Part shown: in pieces, positions 1-6,997 of the stretch
How positions within the stretch are numbered: the first letter of the stretch is position 1
How the letters are laid out: each line of letters starts with the position of its first letter
Source of the DNA: Polyangiales bacterium
Lineage (GTDB): Bacteria; Myxococcota_A; Polyangia; Polyangiales; Houyiibacteriaceae
Assembly (NCBI GenBank): GCA_045106895.1
Contig: JBGCFM010000287.1
Span: 1 to 10,987, forward strand
Length of the DNA stretch: 10,987 bases
Direction of reading: 5' to 3'
The notes under the pieces: generated by a model
The model's input: the letters and a program-made list of their open reading frames with translations, nothing else
Databases searched by the model: none
What the model was told of the DNA's origin: nothing
Position numbers and translations under genes: made by a program

Positions 1-21
1 GGTTCGGGCTGACACACACCG

Positions 22-861
22 ATGACGTCAAAGCCGAACAACAAACGCAAGACGCTAAAGCGCGGAATCCTCTTTTTCGCGCTCGCTTGCGCCGCGTCCG
101 GTTTCTTTGCCTGCGCGAGTCCGGTGTCCCTGGGTTCATTCGGCGAGGCCCGCGCGCCCACTGTGGGAACGCCGCAGCTCGTGGTGATGACCTACAACGT
201 CAACTACGGCATGTCAGGAGACGAAGCGACGCTCGCGCTCATCGAAGCCAGCGACGCGCACATCCTCTTCCTTCAAGAGACGACGCCGGAGTGGCAAGCG
301 GCCATCGAGGAGCGCGTTCGCGAGCGCTTTCCCTACCAGGTCTGGCGCGACCCTTCCGGCGGTTGGGCTGCCGGCGGCGGCGCAATCCTCTCGCACTGGC
401 CGCTCCGCGAGGTGGAGACTTCGCCCAGCGCCGCAGACTGGTTCGAAGCCATCGGTGCCGTCGTGGAGAGCCCCTTCGGCGAGGTCCGCGTCGCCGGCGT
501 TCACCTGGAACCTGCATCCTCGCTGACGGCGGCGCTGCAGGTCAGCGGGCATCATGAAGACGAGATGGAAGCGCACATTCGCGCCCTTCATTTGGACGGC
601 GAAGGACCCACCATCATCGCCGGGGACTTCAACGAAGAGCGCGCCGGCGCTCTGCGCCTCCTTGAGTCCATGGGCTTCGTCGACGCCACCGGCGACTACC
701 ACCCAGGCGTACCCACCTTCGAATGGCACCTGCGCTTCACGACGCTGGAGCTTCAGCTCGACCACATCCTCCACCGAGGACTCGACTCCCTCGACGCGCA
801 AGTCCTCCAGGGCGGCCGCTCGGATCATCAGCCGGTCCGCGCCACGTTTCGCTTTCGCTGA
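22..861 (+). CDS. Endonuclease/exonuclease/phosphatase (EEP) family protein, probable lipoprotein
   Basis: All canonical EEP motifs occur in order: VMTYNV, ILFLQE, VHL, IIAGDFN, LDHIL, SDHQPV. The N-terminus is basic, then hydrophobic, ending in lipobox-like FFAC. Confidence 0.93.
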   Translation: MTSKPNNKRKTLKRGILFFALACAASGFFACASPVSLGSFGEARAPTVGTPQLVVMTYNVNYGMSGDEATLALIEASDAHILFLQETTPEWQAAIEERVRERFPYQVWRDPSGGWAAGGGAILSHWPLREVETSPSAADWFEAIGAVVESPFGEVRVAGVHLEPASSLTAALQVSGHHEDEMEAHIRALHLDGEGPTIIAGDFNEERAGALRLLESMGFVDATGDYHPGVPTFEWHLRFTTLELQLDHILHRGLDSLDAQVLQGGRSDHQPVRATFRFR

Positions 862-865
862 CGCG

Positions 866-1606
866 TCAGCCCGCGGTTTCGACGCGGAGCACAAAGTCGG
901 ATTCAAAGTCTCCGGGCGCTGATGGGGCGAAACGAATCGTGGCGCCGGACATGAGAGTGATCTCGACTGACGACTGGCCCCAGGGGCTTGCTTCGACGCG
1001 ATCGAGGATGTGCTCCACTGTTGAGGAACGCGGTCCGAGGAGCGCGCTGACGTCCTCAAGCTCGTCTGGTTCGTGAGCCGAAAAGAGCACCTCGGTGTCG
1101 AGCTCGTCCCAGCAGACTGGTCCAACATCATCGATAAAGAAGCGCTGCCAGATTCCGCCGGAACACTGGAGGATCAAAAAGGAACGAGGCGCCTGTCGTT
1201 CCCAGAAAAGCGCAAGAAGACGCATTCCCTTCGCCTCGTGGCTGACGTAGGCGGCGCAGTCGTGTTTGTAGAGGTTGCCTCGCGGGACAGGGAACGACTT
1301 GCACAAGGACAAGAGGAACGCGCCTTTGAGCGCATCCAGCTCCGCGGCCATCTCCGCCAGCTTCTCCACGAACGCGGGATGCTCCGCCGCCAGCGCCTCA
1401 TGGTTCCGAATCTCGATGTGGCAGGGCTCCGCGGGAACGCCCGGTCCTTCTCGGCTCAGCGCGTCCCAAAGCGCATCCAGGTTTCGCCCAAACTCCGCAG
1501 GGGCGCGCACCTCAAGTCGCTCGAGGTAAAGCGCCCAGAACTCCGCCGGCGTCCGCACCTGAGAACACTCGAGAACGTGAGTGTCGCGCCATCCGTAGTC
1601 CGCCAT
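866..1606 (-). CDS. Barstar (barnase inhibitor)-family N-terminal domain fused to an unknown C-terminal domain, 246 aa
   Basis: Barstar signature LECSQVRTPAEFWALY...FGRNLDALWDAL. Start moved from 1870 to ATG 1606 (MADYGW) because the upstream part overlaps the divergent lipoprotein gene and an extended -10 box lies 6 nt before 1606. Confidence 0.85.
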   Translation of the reverse strand: MADYGWRDTHVLECSQVRTPAEFWALYLERLEVRAPAEFGRNLDALWDALSREGPGVPAEPCHIEIRNHEALAAEHPAFVEKLAEMAAELDALKGAFLLSLCKSFPVPRGNLYKHDCAAYVSHEAKGMRLLALFWERQAPRSFLILQCSGGIWQRFFIDDVGPVCWDELDTEVLFSAHEPDELEDVSALLGPRSSTVEHILDRVEASPWGQSSVEITLMSGATIRFAPSAPGDFESDFVLRVETAG

Positions 1607-1612
1607 CTGCTT

Positions 1613-1621
1613 AGCGTAACA
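1613..1621 (-). promoter_or_regulatory. Extended -10 element (TGT-TACGCT), probable leaderless promoter of the barstar fusion
   Basis: Minus strand reads TGTTACGCT-aagcag-ATG, with no SD sequence at the normal spacing. Confidence 0.6.
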
Positions 1622-1687
1622 ACACCTTGATATCGTACCGCGGGTTTTTCTTGTCCTGACCCGGGCGTCTATGACTTGATGCGGCGC

Positions 1688-2161
1688 ATGCTTAGAACTC
1701 TTGTTCCCACGCTCCTTCTTCTCAGTGCCTGTTCGTCTCCTTGGACGTGGATGGGCGAGGCCAGCACGCTTGCGTCGGTTCCCCTTGAGTGCCCGGAAAA
1801 CGACATCGTCACCCAGCAGACGAGCGGCTTCACCTTTGACTCCGTGGGTTGTGGCCGAGCGGTTCGTCAATCGTGTCGTGACCGCACTTGCACGCCCGTT
1901 GGCGAAGTGAGTCCTGCCGAGAACTATTCAGCTCTCAACACACGCGCGAGCAATCTCCATGGGCAACTGGCCGCACGCGGTCCAGAGGTAGCGCAAGCAT
2001 GTGGAGGAGGCGCTCCACTGACGCTGAAGTTCCTCATCGCCCCGGATGGTACTTTCGAGCACATCTACGCGGAAAGCTCCGTTCGTGATTGTCTGACTGG
2101 ACTCGTTGGACGTCTCGCGCCGGGCAGCGCTCACGTTCTCCTGGCGCACACGTTTCAGTGA
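1688..2161 (+). CDS. Hypothetical lipoprotein: Cys-rich N-domain plus a TonB-C/AgmX-C-like C-domain
   Basis: Signal peptide MLRTLVPTLLLLSAC with lipobox; pattern LECPENDI...GCGR...C...C; C-terminal helix-ACG-strand-DG...DCL. Start could be 1676, 1679 or 1688. Confidence 0.75.
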   Translation: MLRTLVPTLLLLSACSSPWTWMGEASTLASVPLECPENDIVTQQTSGFTFDSVGCGRAVRQSCRDRTCTPVGEVSPAENYSALNTRASNLHGQLAARGPEVAQACGGGAPLTLKFLIAPDGTFEHIYAESSVRDCLTGLVGRLAPGSAHVLLAHTFQ

Positions 2162-2166
2162 AGCTG

Positions 2167-3126
2167 ATGATGCGACGTTTCGCCGTACTAGCTTTCGCGG
2201 CCGGAGTCGCCCTCACCACTGGTTGCGCGCGGCCAGCGATGCGGAGCTTCACGGCGGGAGAGACCGGCTGTACCGAAGATGAAATCGTTATCTTAGAGAC
2301 GAACCAAGGGTTCAGCACCGTGAGCTGGGTCGCCGAGTGCCACGGGCAGCAATACGTGTGCTCCAGTCCGGGTTGCACACTCCGCCCGCGTCCCCCGTCT
2401 GAGGCGCGCTTGGAAGACATACGACGAGAGCGGAGCGTGCAACCCGGTCAAACTCTTACATTCGCCGCGAGTGAAGGTGAAATTCGCGCGGTCCGAGCGA
2501 CGCTCGTGAGCGTCGACTCCAAGGTGACGTTTACCGTCGGTCCTGAGCACATCGACGAAGTCGTCGTGCGGGTCAGCTCCACCACCCGCGTGCCACTTTC
2601 GGGATGTGAGAACGTGTCATTTCACAGCGGACAGAGTGTGGAATCCGCTCCGCTTGGCGCCGAACTCGACGCGAGGTTTCCTCTCGCCACACTCTCGCGC
2701 ATCTTCAGCCACGGCCCGTCACGAAAGACGGCACGTTTCTGTGGGCGTGTTCTGCTCATCAACACGCCCGAGCAGAGGTTGTTCGGGCGGCTCCACGAGA
2801 GCGTTGCGCGCCTAGGAAGCCCGAATACTTCTGGGGGAGAAAGCCCACCCCACGACACGCAGACTCCGGTGACGCCAACGACAGCGTCCAGAGCTGTCCG
2901 AGCGCGCCTTAGCGCAGAGTCATCCACACTCTACGCCTGCGCCGGGACGACCGGGCCGCTTCGCGTTCTCGCTGCGTGGGACGACGAAGGTGCGGTGACC
3001 ATTACGATCGATGGGATGGACGGCGCTGTCAACGAGTGCGTACAAGGGAGCGTTGCATGGGGCGCCCTTGAAGTAGAAGCCGCGGGTTCGCTCATCCACG
3101 TCGTTCAAGAACCCAGCGCGGAGTGA
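2167..3126 (+). CDS. Hypothetical lipoprotein, paralog of the upstream gene with an extra central domain
   Basis: Signal MMRRFAVLAFAAGVALTTGC; Cys domain GCTEDEI...ECHG...C...C; Pro/Thr linker; C-terminal ACAG...EG...ECV. In-frame GTG at 2158 overlaps the upstream TGA (GTGA), suggesting translational coupling. Confidence 0.75.
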   Translation: MMRRFAVLAFAAGVALTTGCARPAMRSFTAGETGCTEDEIVILETNQGFSTVSWVAECHGQQYVCSSPGCTLRPRPPSEARLEDIRRERSVQPGQTLTFAASEGEIRAVRATLVSVDSKVTFTVGPEHIDEVVVRVSSTTRVPLSGCENVSFHSGQSVESAPLGAELDARFPLATLSRIFSHGPSRKTARFCGRVLLINTPEQRLFGRLHESVARLGSPNTSGGESPPHDTQTPVTPTTASRAVRARLSAESSTLYACAGTTGPLRVLAAWDDEGAVTITIDGMDGAVNECVQGSVAWGALEVEAAGSLIHVVQEPSAE

Positions 3127-3175
3127 CCAACCCACGCTATCTTGACCCGCGCGGCGGACCTGACATCGTGCGCTC

Positions 3176-4078
3176 GTGGTTCAACCGATTCGATACGCCG
3201 ACCTCGACACCGGGGTCGTTCAAGAAGAGCAGGTCTACGGGGGCTTCTGGGTCAAGCTGATGTACGGCAACCCGGTGGGCCGGCTTTTCTCCGCCATCGT
3301 CGCGCTCCCCTTCGTGAGCCGCTTCTACGGATGGATGCAGGACCGTCCGGGCTCGTCCAAGAAGGTGCTGCCCTTCATCGAGAACTTCGACATTCAGATG
3401 GACGACTTTCTCATCGAAGAAGGCCGCAGTCCCGAAGCGCCGTTTTCGACCTTCAACCAGTTCTTCACGCGCCGCGTCAGCGAAGGAGCGCGACCATTCG
3501 CCGAGGGCTCCAAGTTCCCGGCGCCTTGTGACGCACGCTACTTCGCCTACGCGGAGCTCAACGACGAAGTGAGCATCCCCATCAAGGGCAGCAAGTTCAA
3601 AGCGAGCGCGCTCCTCAAAAGCGAAGAGTGGCAGAAGCACTTTGAAGACGGCCCTGGGTTCATCGCGCGGCTTTGCCCCGTCGACTATCACCGCTTTCAT
3701 TTCCCCGACGACGGCGAAGTCCTCGCGACGTGGCGCGTGCCCGGCGTGCTCCACTCCGTCAACCCCTGGGCCCTCGCCTTCCGTGACGACATCTTCATGG
3801 TCAACGAGCGCGAAGTGACGATTCTGCAGACGAAGAACTTCGGCAAGCTCGCCTACGTCGAAGTCGGCGCGACGTGCGTCGGCAAGATCCAGCAGAACTA
3901 CTCCGGCACTTCGTTCAAGCGCGGCGATGAGAAGGGCATGTTCCTCTTTGGCGGCTCCACGGTCATCGTCCTCGGCGAGAAGGGACGCTGGAACATCGAC
4001 GACGCGATTCTGAAGAACACCGCCGAAGGCGTGGAGACCTATCTGAAGATGGGCCGCGGTCTCGGCAACGCTGAGTAG
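3176..4078 (+). CDS. psd: Phosphatidylserine decarboxylase proenzyme
   Basis: Motifs FNQFFTR, PCDAR, RLCPVDYHRFHFP, NER, EVGATCVGKI and the autocleavage motif FGGST; strongly GC3-biased codon usage. Confidence 0.96.
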   Translation: MVQPIRYADLDTGVVQEEQVYGGFWVKLMYGNPVGRLFSAIVALPFVSRFYGWMQDRPGSSKKVLPFIENFDIQMDDFLIEEGRSPEAPFSTFNQFFTRRVSEGARPFAEGSKFPAPCDARYFAYAELNDEVSIPIKGSKFKASALLKSEEWQKHFEDGPGFIARLCPVDYHRFHFPDDGEVLATWRVPGVLHSVNPWALAFRDDIFMVNEREVTILQTKNFGKLAYVEVGATCVGKIQQNYSGTSFKRGDEKGMFLFGGSTVIVLGEKGRWNIDDAILKNTAEGVETYLKMGRGLGNAE

Positions 4079-4121
4079 CGAATCTGCGCCTCAGGTTTGC
4101 ATTCATCGGCGAGCGGAGCGT

Positions 4122-5708
4122 TCAAAGATGCCGCCACGGGTCTTCGGGGAACAGTGCACCCAGCCCCGACTCCGCGTACTCATAGCTTTCTACACGGTCG
4201 TCCGACACGCGCAGAACGTGATTGTCGTTCGCATCGTACACATAGCGGCGCCAACTCGACTCAGCTTCGTAGATGGTGTGCTCATCGATGAGCTGACCCG
4301 TTTCGCCGAAGCGACGCCTAGTCAGGTGCTCCACATCACCGTCGCATCCAATATCGTGCGTGTCGGTCACCGTGCCGCGCCTGGGCCCTTCAGGTTGGTC
4401 TAATTCGAAACAGTCCAGATAGTGGTGCCCGTCCTGAGTGTTCTCGGTACGTTGCAGTTGCCCCGCAAACCGGCCTTCATCGTTCCAGCGTGCCGTGATC
4501 AGCGTATACATGCCCTCATTTCGCTGCTCGCGGCTCACCCAGCGCCCGTATTCGTCGAAGCGAGTTTCCGTCGTGAACCCGTGGTCTATCGTGCGCTGAA
4601 GACCCGGCTCAAACTCCTGCGTGCCGGACGAGATGAGTGACCCGTCGACGCTTCTGTCCCAGAAAATGAGACGTCGCTCCGAGTCATAGGCGAAAGTCTC
4701 CACGGCAGTGCTCTCGGCGTTGCGCCGTACGAGCCGCTCTACTTGCCCGTCCTCAGCGCGGTCGATGACAACGCGTTCATCGTGAGTATCGAGACCGACC
4801 AACCATCCGGCGGCATCGTACGTCGGGTCGTACAAGGGCTCGCCGCTTGTCGCGTCCGTCGAAGACGAAACATAGCCGTCCCTGCTGTAGGTGTAGCGTC
4901 GTTGCTCTGCGTGCGAACCGGAGCTGCCTTCCACCTCGAGTGGGTAGCCAAGCGCGTTATAGGTTACGGCCCAGTGCGAGTCCGAATCTCCACCGGCGCT
5001 CTCGACGCGAGACAGAACTTGGCCATCCACGGAGACTTCTATACCGACTTCCCGGAGAAGCGCATGCAGGGCGACGGCCACCAAGGCCACGCGATGCGGG
5101 CGCGAGAAGACCGCCTGCGCCTCCATCATCACTCGATATGGATCTCCCTCCGGCATCGCCCGATACCAGCCCCCGCGAAAGGTCAGAAGGTCATCGGTGA
5201 CGTACCCAAAGTCACGGCCGTCCGTGAGCTGGCGAAGCTCTGGCGTAAGAACGACGCCATTGTCGGGATCGCCATCGTCGTCGAGCGATGCAAAGAGGAC
5301 CACGAGCTCGCAGAGGCGCTCCAGTCGCGCATCGTAGAATCGCGCTGCAGAACGAATCGATCGGTTGTCCCAGCGAAGTTCGTTTGCGCCTGCGAAGTCC
5401 AAGAGCGTCAAGCGCTCTTGCGCAGGTACTTCCGCCACAACGCTTTCGCCCACGAAGAATCGGATCGACTCGTCTTGTCGGTATCGATACTCCGCCGCTT
5501 CGTTCGTATGTCCGCTCTGAGTCGGAGTCTCGTAGCGAAGTCCGGCGATGGAGAAGCCTTCCAGGCGCCCAACGTGTAACTCCGTGAGCCCCGCGTCACC
5601 TGGAGCCGACGCATCTGGAACCGCAGCGTCCGAGGGCGGCGGCAGTTCAGAGAGCTGAGGCGCAGCGAACTCGCATCCGAAGACCAGAAGGAGCAAGGCA
5701 AAGCGCAT
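4122..5708 (-). CDS. Lipoprotein with an N-terminal beta domain and C-terminal YD/RHS-like repeats
   Basis: Lipobox MRFALLLLVFGC; Pro/Ala/DAG linker; GLRYETPTQSGHT...IRFFVG and SLDDDGDPDNGV motifs; about 10 YD-type units (YNALG, YSRDG, YDAAG, YDSER, FDEYG, WNDEG, FGETG, YDAND). Confidence 0.8.
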   Translation of the reverse strand: MRFALLLLVFGCEFAAPQLSELPPPSDAAVPDASAPGDAGLTELHVGRLEGFSIAGLRYETPTQSGHTNEAAEYRYRQDESIRFFVGESVVAEVPAQERLTLLDFAGANELRWDNRSIRSAARFYDARLERLCELVVLFASLDDDGDPDNGVVLTPELRQLTDGRDFGYVTDDLLTFRGGWYRAMPEGDPYRVMMEAQAVFSRPHRVALVAVALHALLREVGIEVSVDGQVLSRVESAGGDSDSHWAVTYNALGYPLEVEGSSGSHAEQRRYTYSRDGYVSSSTDATSGEPLYDPTYDAAGWLVGLDTHDERVVIDRAEDGQVERLVRRNAESTAVETFAYDSERRLIFWDRSVDGSLISSGTQEFEPGLQRTIDHGFTTETRFDEYGRWVSREQRNEGMYTLITARWNDEGRFAGQLQRTENTQDGHHYLDCFELDQPEGPRRGTVTDTHDIGCDGDVEHLTRRRFGETGQLIDEHTIYEAESSWRRYVYDANDNHVLRVSDDRVESYEYAESGLGALFPEDPWRHL

Positions 5709-5754
5709 ACGTCGACTTACGGGCGATCGATGCGGATCTATAGCGGGGTCCGCT

Positions 5755-6312
5755 TCACGGTCGGAGAAGCTCTACGGAGACGGACTCCGCCACGATGAAG
5801 CGCGGAACGCGTACCGTATCCCAGCGCCTCGTTGGCTGGTCCACGATGCAATACGCCACGGTCCCCTCGTGCGCTGGGACCTTGTGAATCCCGACCTCAT
5901 CCTTGGACGCGAAACGCAGTAGCGGTCGGGACCAATCGTCTTCTTCGTCGAGGTCCGTGTAGGCCACGCCGACAAATGTCACAAGCGCGCCGGGAAGTCT
6001 GGCGCAGACATCGTCTAGCCAGAGCACAAGAGGCTCCCCCTCCATGTGCACGTGGAGATCGCAGAAGTCCGCAAGCACATCAAAGTCGGCGCAGTGAGTT
6101 CCTTCGGGCTGCGGCCTCGGCCGGACTTCGCGTACGGATTCCACGCGCTCGTCGTCGCCATCGCAAGCGAGGGAAACTACGACCTCCTCGCCCACCACGA
6201 AGTCGGTGGTGCCATCTGGGTTCTGCGCCGCGCCGAAGGGCAAGGGGCGAACGTGAGGCGCTCGCACCGTCCCTGTTTTGCGTTCTTGGTCCCAGCTGTG
6301 GATTTGCCACAT
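5755..6312 (-). CDS. Hypothetical protein, 185 aa (paralog B); degenerate cold-shock/OB-like N-domain
   Basis: True start is ATG 6312 (MWQIHSWDQ...), fixed by alignment to paralog A; the longer ORF call (to 6759) runs into paralog A in another frame. Confidence 0.85.
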   Translation of the reverse strand: MWQIHSWDQERKTGTVRAPHVRPLPFGAAQNPDGTTDFVVGEEVVVSLACDGDDERVESVREVRPRPQPEGTHCADFDVLADFCDLHVHMEGEPLVLWLDDVCARLPGALVTFVGVAYTDLDEEDDWSRPLLRFASKDEVGIHKVPAHEGTVAYCIVDQPTRRWDTVRVPRFIVAESVSVELLRP

Positions 6313-6319
6313 GCCTGGA

Positions 6320-6328
6320 AGGCTACCA
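6320..6328 (-). promoter_or_regulatory. Extended -10 element (TGG-TAGCCT), probable leaderless promoter of paralog B
   Basis: Minus strand reads TGGTAGCCT-tccaggc-ATG. Confidence 0.5.
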
Positions 6329-6353
6329 GAGGCTCCGCTCTCGCGAATGGGCG

Positions 6354-6920
6354 CTAGTGACGCTGCACTTCGACGGACACGGACTTGGCCACGATGAACA
6401 GTGGGTCTTCCGTGTCGTCGGCGGGTCTCAGGGGTTCTGGAACGACGCAGTAGGCGACGCCCGTCGAAGGGAGCTTGTACGCGCGCACTTCTTGCTCCGA
6501 CGCGTAACGCAAGAGCGGTCGGTCGAAGGCCCAATCGTCGTGGTCTCCGGTCCAGTGCGTGACGCCATCGAAACGTGCGAGCACGCCCGGTTCGCAGTGG
6601 GAGCAGCAGCGACCAAACCAGAATACGAGGGAGTCGCCTTGCTCTTCTTCGAGGCGCGCATCCCAAAAACGGGCGGCGTGAATCACGTCGAAGGCGGCGC
6701 AGTGGGTGCCTTCGGGTTGCGGCTTTGGCCGCACTTCGCGCACGAACTCCACGCGGCAATTGCTGGGATCACCAGCGAGCGACACCATGACCTCTTCGCC
6801 CACCACGAAGTCGCGTGTGCCTTTGGGGTTCTCCGCCGCGCCAAAAGGCAGCGGGCCAAAGTGAGGCGCGCGGACTGTTCCCGTTTGCCGCGCTTGGTTC
6901 CAGCTGTGGATCTTCCACAT
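6354..6920 (-). CDS. Hypothetical protein, 188 aa (paralog A); degenerate cold-shock/OB-like N-domain
   Basis: 61 of the first 80 residues are identical to paralog B by manual count, with many synonymous codon differences, which supports real coding status. Confidence 0.87.
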   Translation of the reverse strand: MWKIHSWNQARQTGTVRAPHFGPLPFGAAENPKGTRDFVVGEEVMVSLAGDPSNCRVEFVREVRPKPQPEGTHCAAFDVIHAARFWDARLEEEQGDSLVFWFGRCCSHCEPGVLARFDGVTHWTGDHDDWAFDRPLLRYASEQEVRAYKLPSTGVAYCVVPEPLRPADDTEDPLFIVAKSVSVEVQRH

Positions 6921-6926
6921 GCCCGC

Positions 6927-6932
6927 AGCCTA
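6927..6932 (-). promoter_or_regulatory. -10 element (TAGGCT), probable leaderless promoter of paralog A
   Basis: Minus strand reads TAGGCT-gcgggc-ATG; no SD. Confidence 0.5.
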
Positions 6933-6997
6933 CGTGAGTTGCGCTACACTCGCGAACGTGGACCGGTTTGAGCTACGGCGCGTTCCTCGAACTGGCG

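Larger units (their letters stand above)
5755..6920 (-). repeat. Diverged tandem gene duplication (two units of about 0.6 kb)
   Basis: Shared DNA blocks, e.g. ATCCACAGCTGG, GCGCCTCAC and GACTTCGTGGTGGGCGA on the minus strand, in both 6073-6312 and 6681-6920. Confidence 0.88.

Noticed and set aside
214..1131. 305-aa minus-strand ORF and other overlapping ORFs over the EEP, psd and ankyrin genes
   Set aside because: They overlap genes with unambiguous family motifs and have no motifs of their own.
1607..1870. N-terminal 88-aa extension of the barstar ORF
   Set aside because: Arg-rich, antisense to the 1688 lipoprotein gene; the barstar domain and the -10 box both point to ATG 1606.
4078..4100. 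Hairpin GCGAATCTG-N5-CAGGTTTGC between psd and the YD gene
   Set aside because: Relies on G-U pairs and lacks a U-tract; too weak to call a terminator.
4122..5708. Canonical Rhs toxin with downstream immunity gene
   Set aside because: No Rhs core or DPxG motif and no toxin domain; the downstream gene is the convergent psd.
6313..6759. Long 334-aa ORF suggesting fusion or programmed frameshift between the paralogs
   Set aside because: The extension is an Arg-rich alternate frame of paralog A; paralog A has its own TAG and paralog B has its own aligned ATG and -10 box.
5755..6920. Diversity-generating retroelement TR/VR pair or CRISPR-like repeats
   Set aside because: Differences are not adenine-specific and are largely synonymous; no reverse transcriptase, cas gene or short regularly spaced repeats are present.
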